64,000 nucleotides of DNA from Truepera sp. (GTDB lineage Bacteria; Deinococcota; Deinococci; Deinococcales; Trueperaceae), in NCBI GenBank assembly GCA_965218435.1, contig CBDCKW010000009.1, positions 160,001-224,000 on the forward strand, in the 5' to 3' direction. The first letter of the stretch is position 1, and each line of letters opens with the position of its first letter. Shown piece by piece: positions 49,422 through 58,214 of the stretch. A program made the translations under genes and the position numbers. The notes beneath the pieces were generated by a model that saw only the letters and a list, made by a program, of their open reading frames with translations, had not been told where the DNA came from and made no database searches.

Positions 49422-50443
49422 TGAAGTACCGACGGCTTTGGACGTTAGTTTTAGCGATGCTGGGAGGCTATACGGCAGCACAAACGGACGCCAAGACCTA
49501 TACCAATCCTGTTGTCACCCCTGTTGCTGCCGATCCGAGCGTGATGCGTGCGCCGGACGGGACGTACTACCTCTACGCCACGCAGGACGATTGGGCCGAC
49601 GGTCAGGGTAGCCACTACTTACCCATCTTTAAGTCTGACGACCTCGTGACCTGGACGTTCGTCGCCGACGCCTTAGCTGCGCCGCCAAGTTGGAAAGACA
49701 ACGGCGGCTTTACCTGGGCACCTGACATTTCTTTTAGGGACGGCACCTATTCCCTCTACTACGCGGCGTCCTTGTGGGGTGACCCCAACCCGTGTATCGG
49801 GCTGGCGACGTCAAAGAACCCTGAAGGGCCTTTTACGGATCTGGGCCGCGCCGTCTTTTGCTCGCAGGACATCGGCGTCAAAAACTCGATTGATCCTTTT
49901 ATCTGGCAAGGTGACGGAGCGCGGACGCTCGTTTGGGGGAGCTTCGGCGGAATCTACGCCGTCAAGCTGAGTGAGGACGGGACGAAAGCGGTGGGGGAGA
50001 CCACACAACTGGCGGACGACCGTTTTGAAGGGGCTTACCTCGTACAGCGCAAGGGCAACTATTATCTCTTCGTTTCCTCGGGAAGTTGCTGCGATGGCGA
50101 AAACAGCACCTATACCCTTTACGTCGGGCGTTCAAAAAAGCTCTTAGGGCCTTACCTGGACAAAAAAGGTGAGAGTTTATTGCAGGGCGGCGGCACTGTT
50201 GTGCTGGCTGCCAACGACACCTGGGTCGGGCCGGGGCACAACTCGGTCATTCAAGATAGCGCGGGGACCGATTGGCTTTTTTACCACGCCATTCCGCGTG
50301 ACGACCCCAGACTGACCAACGGCGTCAACCGCCGTCCGGCGCTGCTCGAGAAGATCACCTGGCAAGGTGGCTGGCCCATAGTCAATGGGGGCAGAGGGCC
50401 GAGTGTGAGCCCGCAACCCGTCCCGACGGTTTCTGCACCTTAA
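49421..50443 (+). CDS. Glycoside hydrolase family 43 protein, secreted
   Basis: ADPSV, WAPD, SIDP, EGAY, GPGHNS motifs. Confidence 0.92.
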   Translation: MKYRRLWTLVLAMLGGYTAAQTDAKTYTNPVVTPVAADPSVMRAPDGTYYLYATQDDWADGQGSHYLPIFKSDDLVTWTFVADALAAPPSWKDNGGFTWAPDISFRDGTYSLYYAASLWGDPNPCIGLATSKNPEGPFTDLGRAVFCSQDIGVKNSIDPFIWQGDGARTLVWGSFGGIYAVKLSEDGTKAVGETTQLADDRFEGAYLVQRKGNYYLFVSSGSCCDGENSTYTLYVGRSKKLLGPYLDKKGESLLQGGGTVVLAANDTWVGPGHNSVIQDSAGTDWLFYHAIPRDDPRLTNGVNRRPALLEKITWQGGWPIVNGGRGPSVSPQPVPTVSAP

Positions 50444-50492
50444 CTGATGTACCCAATGATGTACCAACGCCCAACCTGAACCGGAGAAAAAT

Positions 50493-51977
50493 ATGGCCAG
50501 CACCATCAAACTGGATTTAGACCGCAAGCTTGGAACCGTTGAACGCAACGTCTTCGGCGGTTTCGCCGAACACTTGGGCCGCTGCATCTACGGCGGGATT
50601 TACGACCCGGACTCGCCGCACGCTGACGAGAACGGGTTGCGCACAGATGTGTTGGGCGTGCTCCGGCGGCTCAATATGCCGAATATCCGCTATCCCGGTG
50701 GCAACTTCGTCTCGGGCTACCGCTGGCGCGACGGGGTGGGGCCGAAAGAAGACCGTCCTGCGCGGATGGAACTCGCGTGGCACGCCACCGAGCCCAACAC
50801 CTTCGGTACGAATGAGTTTATAGATTTCTGTAAAAAGTTAGGTGCGGAACCGTACCTGGCCGTCAACTGCGGTGACGGCGATATGCGGGAGGCGCGCGAC
50901 TGGCTCGAGTACTGTAACGGTACCCAAGACACCGCGCTCGTCAAGCTCAGAAAAGCGCACGGTTACGACGCGCCGCATAACGTCAAATACTGGGGGATCG
51001 GCAACGAAGTGGACGGCCCCTGGCAGATCGGCTTTAAGACCGCCGAAGAGTACGCTCGCGCCTACACCGAATTCGCCAAAGTCATGAAATGGACCGACCC
51101 GACGATCAAGCTGTTTGCTTCGGCGGTGTCGTCGTGGGAACATGACTGGCCCCTGCGGGCGCAGCTTCTCTTAGAGCAAGCGGGCAACTTAATCGATTAT
51201 ATGGCGCTGCACTGGTACGTCGGCAATGACGCTGACCGGGGTTACCGAAGCGACGATTTTGCCTCGTACATGGCGGTGTCTGAAATCCTCGAGGACCGCC
51301 TCAGCTCGTTTGAGGGACTGGTACGTGCGCTCAGGTTTAGCAACAAGCTTCAGAACCCTATCTACCTCGCGGTAGACGAGTGGAACGTCTGGTACCGCAG
51401 CAGCGGCGAAGACGAAGATCAGTTGGAAGAGGTTTACAACTTGGAGGACGCGCTCGTCACAGGGTTGCAGCTCAACGCTTTTATCCGGCACGCCGGGAGC
51501 GTCAAGTTTGCCAACCTCGCGCAGATCGTCAACGTCATCGCGCCGATTCTGACGCGCCCGGACGGTTTGCTGCTTCAGACCATTTTTTATCCCTTTGAGC
51601 TTTACAGCCGCACGGCTGGCGATACGGCGCTCGACGTCCACTGGTCGGGCGACACCTTTTCGACGCCGGAACACGAGGCGCTGCGTTTGTTAGATGTCTC
51701 GGCAACGCTCGACACGGCGTCGAAAAAAGTCTCGGTGTTTGTCGTAAACCGCAGCCCTGAGCGGGAGATTGAAACCGAAGTGAAGCTCTCGGAAGGTCAA
51801 TTTGCGGGGTCCGGGCAGGCGTTTGTCATTAACGGAGCCGATATTAAAACTACGAACACGTTTGACGCGCCGGACGGGGTAACGACTCGTGAAGACACCT
51901 TGCAGGCGAGCGGGACAGCGGTAACGTACACCTTCGAGCCGCATTCGGTGACGGCGCTCGTTTTTGACCTAGCTTAA
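50493..51977 (+). CDS. abfA: Alpha-L-arabinofuranosidase, GH51
   Basis: FAEHLGRCIYGG, RYPGGNFVSGY.W.DG.GP, IGNEVDG.WQ, DEWNVW, AQIVNVIAP. Confidence 0.93.
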   Translation: MASTIKLDLDRKLGTVERNVFGGFAEHLGRCIYGGIYDPDSPHADENGLRTDVLGVLRRLNMPNIRYPGGNFVSGYRWRDGVGPKEDRPARMELAWHATEPNTFGTNEFIDFCKKLGAEPYLAVNCGDGDMREARDWLEYCNGTQDTALVKLRKAHGYDAPHNVKYWGIGNEVDGPWQIGFKTAEEYARAYTEFAKVMKWTDPTIKLFASAVSSWEHDWPLRAQLLLEQAGNLIDYMALHWYVGNDADRGYRSDDFASYMAVSEILEDRLSSFEGLVRALRFSNKLQNPIYLAVDEWNVWYRSSGEDEDQLEEVYNLEDALVTGLQLNAFIRHAGSVKFANLAQIVNVIAPILTRPDGLLLQTIFYPFELYSRTAGDTALDVHWSGDTFSTPEHEALRLLDVSATLDTASKKVSVFVVNRSPEREIETEVKLSEGQFAGSGQAFVINGADIKTTNTFDAPDGVTTREDTLQASGTAVTYTFEPHSVTALVFDLA

Positions 51978-52501
51978 AGGAGCTTCGGAACCAGAAAAGA
52001 TGATTGGGGTGTCCTCATCACCTCGGCCTGTCGCTCTTTGTACAGTTGCTACTTTACGGCCGCAGATGGCACCCTTTCAGTTTGCCTCAGGCTAACCCTA
52101 GCTTGAGGCTGCCTACGCCAATAGGGACCGAGCGAGGACCAAGCGAGAATTTGTCCCGGGCCGAAGGTGGAGTGCCAGGCGAGCGCGTAAGCGACTTACT
52201 TCCCGGCTGCTCAACTTGATATAGGATCATCCCTTATTCAAGCACTTTGGCGCGTAGGGACGCTAAACAGGCGCAGGCCAAGCATGGTATACCGGTATCA
52301 GCCTGAAGATGATTTCGCCCTGTATTCGGGCTTTTTGAAGGCTGTGGAGCTGGTTTCGCCAGCCCAGCGTACACCTGCTAGCTGAGCCACTCGTTGAAAA
52401 AACGTGTTTCCAGGCGCGAAGGCTAAGGTCGTAGCTGAGCTCTGATGTTCACCCGATAAAACGGAGACCGAGTTAAGCCTCTGATGCACAATGGAGGCGA
52501 T

Positions 52502-52801
52502 ATGAAAGAACGTAGGGTCTACACGGCGGAATTCAAGCGCGAAGCGGTCAGGTTGAGTGAACAAGCGGGGGTAAGCGTGGCTCAGATCGCCCAGGAACTG
52601 GGCGTGTCCGACTACAGCCTTTACAAGTGGCGGAAACAGGCGCGTGAGGGCGGCGAGCTGGCCTTTCCCGGGAACGGCAAGGTCGCTTTAACCGCCGAGC
52701 AGCAAGAGAACGTGCGCTTGAAAAAAGAACTCGAGCGGGTGATACAGGAGCGTGACATCTTAAAAAAAGCGGTCAAGTTCTTTGCCGGGGAAAGTCGGTG
52801 A
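52502..52801 (+). CDS. IS3 transposase OrfA
   Basis: YTAEFKREAVRL...IA.ELGVS...LYKW...ERDILKKA..FFA. Confidence 0.9.
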   Translation: MKERRVYTAEFKREAVRLSEQAGVSVAQIAQELGVSDYSLYKWRKQAREGGELAFPGNGKVALTAEQQENVRLKKELERVIQERDILKKAVKFFAGESR

Positions 52802-53678
52802 GGTACACCTTCATCAAGGAACACCGTAACTTTTGGGCCGTCAGCTTGATGGCCGGGGTGTTGGCCGTGTCGGTCAGCGGCTTCTACGCCTGGTCACGGC
52901 GAGGAAAAAGCCAGCGAGTCAGGAGCGAGTCAGGGAGGACGAAACGTTGAGCGAGAAGATCGTGATGTTCCACTGCGGGAGCCGTTGCACCTACGGCTCG
53001 CCGCGCATCCACAAGGACTTACGGGCTGCCGGACACAAGGTCGGGCGCAAGCGCGTCGCCCGTCTGATGCGCTCAGCAGGCATTAGGGGCAAGACGAAAC
53101 GAAAGTTCAAGACCACCACGACCTCCCAGCACTCGCGCCCTAAAGCAGCAAATCTCGTTGAGCAGAACTTCGACGTGGCAACCCCCAACACCCTCTGGGC
53201 CAGCGACATCACCTACCTACCCACCGCCGAGGGCTGGTTGTATCTGGCGGTGACGCTCGACCTCTTCAGCCGCAAAGTCATTGGCTGGGCCTTCTCCGAC
53301 GGACTCACCGATGACCTCACCCTCTCGGCGTTGACGATGGCGACGCGGCAGCGGCCCGATACGGCGACACTGACGCATCATTCAGATAGGGGCAGCCAAT
53401 ATGCCAGTCGTGCTTTTAGGGCCGAGCTCGCAGCCAACCGCATCACACAAAGTATGTCGGGCAAAGGGAATTGTTATGACAACGCCGTCGTCGAATCGTT
53501 CTTCGCTACTCTGAAAACCGAAGAGGTCGAGGGCGCAAATTACCAGACCCGCCAGCAGGCTAAGACCAGCATCTTCAGCTACCTAGAGGGTTTCTACAAC
53601 GCCAAGCGTAGGCACTCCTCTCTGGGGTTTCTATCTCCTGACAATTTTGAACGGGTACACTTCTCTCAAGCTGCTTAA
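52798..53678 (+). pseudogene. IS3 transposase OrfB, frameshifted by an 11-bp tandem duplication
   Basis: YGSPRI, W.SDITY, HHSDRGSQY, DNAVVESFF; AGCGAGTCAGG duplicated at 52913-52934. Confidence 0.88.
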
Positions 53679-53862
53679 CTACGACTCCATAAAAGCGGGT
53701 GAAGATCACTCATGGGCATCGCTGATATCGCGTCCGGCGAGCAGCCACTTGCCGAAGATGGTGCTTCTCACACGCTCAAAGCGTAATGACAAAGGCAAAA
53801 GTCAAAGCAGTTTAGAGGACTGATCTGACCGCAGAGCTTATGGCTGTGTTATGGCTACGTTA

Positions 53863-54876
53863 TTATGGTTGCGGCGGTCTGCTACAGCTGCCGCGCCGGA
53901 TCAAGGCTCCGCTCAGGCGGAGGCGCTCAGGCGGCCCACCGGGATTTCTGATCTCTCGCACCACTTGCCGCGCCGCCGCTGCGCCCATCGCCTCGACGGG
54001 TTGCTCGATCACATCAACAGCAGGGTCAACGACTTGCGTCCAGGGATAGTTATCAAAAGTCAAGAGTGAGACGTCGTGCGGAATCCGGAGGCCGAGTTCT
54101 TTCAGCGCCCGGAACGCACCGAGCGCCAAATTGCCGGTTGTCGAAAAGAGAGCTGTCGGCGGCTCAGAGAGCTGCATCAGTTCGTTGGTCAATAGGTAAG
54201 CGTCGTGCGGCGTCGGATAGATGACCCGTTGGTACTCGCTCGGCAGTGAGAGCCCGAGTTCTTTCATAACTTTGGGAAACGCGAGGGTTCGTTCGTCCGG
54301 CAAGATGGTCTTGTGAAACGTCCCGAGTGACGCGATACGCTTGTGCCCAAGCGAAGCTAGGTAGCTGACGCCCGCGCGGACACACCCTTCGTTGTCAAGC
54401 ATCACATGGCTAAAAGGACTCTCCGGTGAGAGATGGTCAACTTCGACGACCGCCGTACCGCGCACCTGCATCCGGCGGAGATATTCAAAGTTGGGCGTCC
54501 CGTAACCCGGACGGAGGATCAGCCCCGCCAGCCGCAGGCCGACAAACGCTCTGAGCTGCTCGAGCTCGTTGGTTGCGTCGTACTCGTTGTCGGCAACAAG
54601 GAGCGTATACCCTTCGTCTCTCAGCGACTTGCCTACCGCCCGAATCAGTCCCGCAAAAAAGGGCTCGACGATGCTGCCGACAATCAGCCCGACTGTGTGG
54701 CTCTGACCCCGCCGGAGCGTCGCCGCAACCTGGTCGGGTTCATAGCCGAGCTCAGTCACCGCACGCTGCACCTTAAGGAGCGTGTGCGGCGCTAACAGCT
54801 CAGGCGAGCGGATCGCACGTTTGGCCGTGGTCGGCGAAACTCCTGCACGCCGCGCAACGTCGGTAATATTGGCCAC
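53863..54876 (-). CDS. LacI family regulator
   Basis: ITDVARRAGVSPTT helix-turn-helix; LGLRIP.DVSL..FD. Confidence 0.93.
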   Translation of the reverse strand: MANITDVARRAGVSPTTAKRAIRSPELLAPHTLLKVQRAVTELGYEPDQVAATLRRGQSHTVGLIVGSIVEPFFAGLIRAVGKSLRDEGYTLLVADNEYDATNELEQLRAFVGLRLAGLILRPGYGTPNFEYLRRMQVRGTAVVEVDHLSPESPFSHVMLDNEGCVRAGVSYLASLGHKRIASLGTFHKTILPDERTLAFPKVMKELGLSLPSEYQRVIYPTPHDAYLLTNELMQLSEPPTALFSTTGNLALGAFRALKELGLRIPHDVSLLTFDNYPWTQVVDPAVDVIEQPVEAMGAAAARQVVREIRNPGGPPERLRLSGALIRRGSCSRPPQP

Positions 54877-55099
54877 GAGGCCACTATAGCAAAGAGATCA
54901 AGTCCTGTGCCCAACCCCCTACAAAACTTCAGGGCTGACGCAGCTTAATTAGAACTAACTTTAAGAATACGGGTTCGAAAGTCATCATCCTAAGCGGCTC
55001 TCTTACGCTTGCCCTTGACTCTAAGCTTGCCTAAGTAGATTTATGGCGAACTGCCGCAAAACCGCCTCGAGCCGCCGCACGCCGTCCCCTATAGCCTTG

Positions 55100-55430
55100 T
55101 GAAGCTCTCGAGCGAACACATGACCACTCAATTTGGACGAGAACCGAGATTGTGTTTACGACTCGAGCGGGCACCCCTTCACACCAAAAGGTCCTCGTAC
55201 AAAAAGCGTTTAAGCCTGCGCTTGCTCGAGCCGGTCTCCCCAACGAAATACGCCTCTATGATTTGCGGCATACCCACGCGACGCTTTTGGAGGGAATACA
55301 TCCTAAAGTCGTCAGTGAACGTTTAGGTCACGCCTTGGTTGCGATAACCCTAGCTGTGTACAGCCACGTCTTACCCAACCTGTAACAAGAAGCTGCCGAA
55401 CGTCTCGAGGCGCTGCTTTACGCTCCCGTC
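55100..55430 (+). pseudogene. Tyrosine integrase C-terminal remnant
   Basis: VFTTRAGTP...IRLYDLRHTHATLL.GIHPKVVSERLGH....TL.VYSHVLP, then TAA (55383-55385) and QEAAERLEALL. Confidence 0.85.
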
Positions 55431-55538
55431 TCTGCGGAGGCCACGACGCATACAAAAAATCAGTTGGCACACTATAGGCACACAACCCCAAATTGGGGTC
55501 AAGCTCAAATCGCAGTTTTACCCTTAGGCAAAGAAAAA

Positions 55539-55612
55539 TGCACCAGGAAGGACTCGAACCCTCGGCCTACCGCTTAGAAGGCGGCTGCTCTATCCGGCTG
55601 AGCTACTGGTGC
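55539..55612 (-). tRNA. tRNA-Arg(TCT), CCA not encoded
   Basis: GCACCAGTAGCTCAGCCGGATAGAGCAGCCGCCTTCTAAGCGGTAGGCCGAGGGTTCGAGTCCTTCCTGGTGCA. Confidence 0.95.
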
Positions 55613-55718
55613 AAGAGCGGTATCATCTATCACTGGACGCTACCTTGTGACACTGAAATCCCTCTAACGCCTTGGGATTTCAAAAAGCATCAGCTAAAGT
55701 GTAAGCTGACGCTTTTAA

Positions 55719-55795
<77 letters not shown>

Positions 55796-55911
55796 AAATG
55801 ATAGGTATCACCTATAAAAATGATGCCTATAGGTCAAGTTTAGGGGTATTATCCCTAACTTTGATTATAAGTACCATTCGCCTTACGTTATAGCGGATAC
55901 CTATAAGCTTT

Positions 55912-55988
55912 TGGTCGGGGCGGCTGGATTCGAACCAACGACCCCCTGGTCCCAAACCAGGTGCGCTACCAGACTGCGCCACGCCCCG
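55912..55988 (-). tRNA. tRNA-Pro(TGG)
   Basis: CGGGGCGTGGCGCAGTCTGGTAGCGCACCTGGTTTGGGACCAGG...GTTCGAATCCAGCCGCCCCGACCA. Confidence 0.96.
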
Positions 55989-56130
55989 AAGCGCCCCCGA
56001 GTATACCGGAAAACGTCGGTGCAAGGCAAGGCTGACTGCTTGTCTAAACGTCACTGAGGTGGCCCCAATTGTCTACGGCTGGCGAAGTTCCTTAAGCTTT
56101 TCTTAAGGCTGACCCTTTACACTCACGCCT

Positions 56131-56652
56131 ATGGACAACTTTACGAAAACTTTGTTGGCTCTATTTGCTTTAGCCCTTCCCAGCGCCTTTGCTCAAACTG
56201 TTTATGTAGGTTTAACAGGTGGCACTCCTATATTTAACGAAAACTTCAAGCTGGGTGCACAGTTCGGGGTCAATCTAACCCCCGAATTCGAGGTGCGGGC
56301 CAGCGCAGAAGGAAATTTAAGCAACTTTCAGCCGAGTATGGCAAGCTTAGACGTATTTACTAACTTTTTCTTAAACGTTGACCGGCTGACCGCCGGGGGT
56401 AACGCGATTGTCGGTGCGCCGACGAATAACTCACTTTACTTAGGGGCGGGGATTGACGGCTACTACGGCAAAAAGGCAGACAATATCAGAGACGCCTACC
56501 GTTACGGTGCCCACGCCGTCATCGGAGCAGAGGCGCTGCTTGGACGCTTCGGTGTTTTTGGTGAGCTGCAACCGGGTGCAGTGGTTCGCAGAGACTTTAC
56601 CAACCTCGGCGGATCGTTCCGTGCCAAGCTGGGTGTTAATTTCCACCTCTAA
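56131..56652 (+). CDS. Secreted protein, small outer-membrane beta-barrel-like
   Basis: Signal peptide ending AFA; amphipathic strands (LYLGAG, FGVFGEL, KLGVNFHL); TACACT 7 nt before ATG. Confidence 0.65.
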   Translation: MDNFTKTLLALFALALPSAFAQTVYVGLTGGTPIFNENFKLGAQFGVNLTPEFEVRASAEGNLSNFQPSMASLDVFTNFFLNVDRLTAGGNAIVGAPTNNSLYLGAGIDGYYGKKADNIRDAYRYGAHAVIGAEALLGRFGVFGELQPGAVVRRDFTNLGGSFRAKLGVNFHL

Positions 56653-56673
56653 ACAGAAAGAATTTTTGAACCG

Positions 56674-56699
56674 AGCTGCTCGAAAGAGCAGCTTCTTTT
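56674..56699 (+). terminator. Intrinsic terminator
   Basis: AGCTGCTC-GAAA-GAGCAGCT followed by tctttt. Confidence 0.75.
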
Positions 56700-56726
56700 A
56701 GTGCCTGCAAGAATTATAGACCCACC

Positions 56727-56880
56727 TAGCCGCAATGGTTGAAGCAGTGTCCAATCTTTTATGGCGAGACCGTAGCAACAGCTGTTGCGATGGTCACGAT
56801 GAGGCTTGCGATATGAGTTACTTTGACTCTTCTCAAAAAAGCTTTAAGCTTAGAAAAGACGAGTTCAACCGGGTTGCGAA
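56727..56880 (-). pseudogene. IS630-family transposase C-terminal relic
   Basis: NPVELVFSKLKAFLRR...AVATVSP*, then CFNHCG (family W-F-x-H-C-G-Y tail). Confidence 0.7.
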
Positions 56881-56976
56881 CATGCCGTTTTGTCCAAGAC
56901 GTAGTTAGGTGGGTACGCTGGGAGCTAGGCGAGGTAACAGCCCGCGCCTCCGATAAATTTCCGGACATCTTTACTT

Positions 56977-58002
56977 CTAAGCTGAATCACGCTGCACTAA
57001 ATAACAAGGGACCTTATGTGTAGTGGGCTCTAAAGCCCGTCTTTTGATAGCCTCAATCAGCAGGTCACCTGCCAGCTTGCCCATCTCTCTTAGGGGCAGC
57101 GCGACGGTGGTGAGTGGCGGGCGCTGATGCGCCGCGAAGTAGCGGTTGTCAAAGCCTACTAACGCGATATCTCCTGGGACGCTTAACCCCGCCTCTTTGA
57201 TGGCCCCTAGTGCCCCAACTGCCAGATGATCGCTCGAGCAGAGCAGCGCGTCGGGCGGCTCGGGTAGCGCCAAAAGCTCACGGGTTAGAGCGTACCCGCT
57301 GCTTTCGTTCCATTCGGCGACGCGCACCAGCGCCGGATCAAAAGGAAGCTGCGCGTCTTCTAACGCCTGATGGTACCCTGCCAGCCTCGAGAGCGTCGCT
57401 TCGTAGCGGTAGGGGCCGTTGAGGAGCGCCACGCGGCGGCGTCCCCTTGAGATGAGATGATCTGTCCCTAACATGGCCCCGCCGAAATCGTCGGGAAGCA
57501 CACACGGCGCAGGCAACTCGCGCGTGTACTGATAGAGATATACGACCGGAATAGCTTTGAGAGGTAGCGCAGGGGCCGCGCGGTTTCGCACCTTATAGCC
57601 GCTCATCAAGATAATCCCGTCGACCTGCTTGTTGAGGAGCACCTCGAGGTGTTGCCGCTCGCGCACAACCTCACCGTAGCTGTTACACAAAAAGACGCTA
57701 AAGCCTTGGGCGCTCACCACTTCTTCGACGCCCCGCATCATCGACATGGTAAAGACGCCCTCGAGGTCGTCGGTCACGAGCCCGATCGTCGCGGTACTTT
57801 TGAGTTTGAGGCTGCGCGCGACGCTGTTGGGCCGGTAGCCCAGCTTGCTGATCGCAGCTAGCACCCGTTCCTGGGCGCTCCGGCTGACGTGCGGCGCGCC
57901 GTTCATCACTTTGGAGACGGTCGCCGGAGATACATCGGCGAGCTGCGCCACGTCACGAATCGTAATGCGAGCAGCTTGATTGTCATCAAGTTTTGTGCTC
58001 AT
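56977..58002 (-). CDS. LacI family regulator
   Basis: TIRDVAQLADVSPATVSKVMN; VPGDIALVGFD, LTTV. Confidence 0.93.
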   Translation of the reverse strand: MSTKLDDNQAARITIRDVAQLADVSPATVSKVMNGAPHVSRSAQERVLAAISKLGYRPNSVARSLKLKSTATIGLVTDDLEGVFTMSMMRGVEEVVSAQGFSVFLCNSYGEVVRERQHLEVLLNKQVDGIILMSGYKVRNRAAPALPLKAIPVVYLYQYTRELPAPCVLPDDFGGAMLGTDHLISRGRRRVALLNGPYRYEATLSRLAGYHQALEDAQLPFDPALVRVAEWNESSGYALTRELLALPEPPDALLCSSDHLAVGALGAIKEAGLSVPGDIALVGFDNRYFAAHQRPPLTTVALPLREMGKLAGDLLIEAIKRRALEPTTHKVPCYLVQRDSA

Positions 58003-58143
58003 CAACCCAACAAACCTTTTTGGCCTGTCACGCGCAACTGACTTTCATAAACTTGTTATAGCATAGTTATAGAGAGTTCCCGAAAACGATTTACTGTTAG
58101 CCTATGCTTTATCGCAGCAACCATTACGGTTAGGCGTTTCTGA

Positions 58144-58193
58144 TTGACACTCGTGCAAAAGGATGCTAGCGTAACTCAAACCTAAATCGATTT
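58144..58193 (+). promoter_or_regulatory. Promoter plus LacI-type operator for the GH127 operon
   Basis: TTGACA-N17-TAGCGT; CG-centred palindrome AAATCGATTT at 58184-58193; related AAAACGATTT at 58083. Confidence 0.7.
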
Positions 58194-58214
58194 CGGAAAA
58201 CATGACGCAGCGTC

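Larger units (their letters stand above)
52443..53708 (+). mobile_element. IS3 family insertion sequence
   Basis: 5'-TG...CA-3' ends, imperfect TIR TGATGTTCACCCG / CGGGTGAAGATCA, 3-bp TSD CTC, A7G slippery site at 52762-52769. Confidence 0.93.
52234..53790 (-). pseudogene. IS701-like transposase C-terminal relic split by the IS3 element
   Basis: Minus-strand fragments KWLLAGRDISDAHELSY / LAFAPGNT...LAGVRWAGETS / LACACLASLRAK resemble the IS701 transposase C-terminus. Confidence 0.55.
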
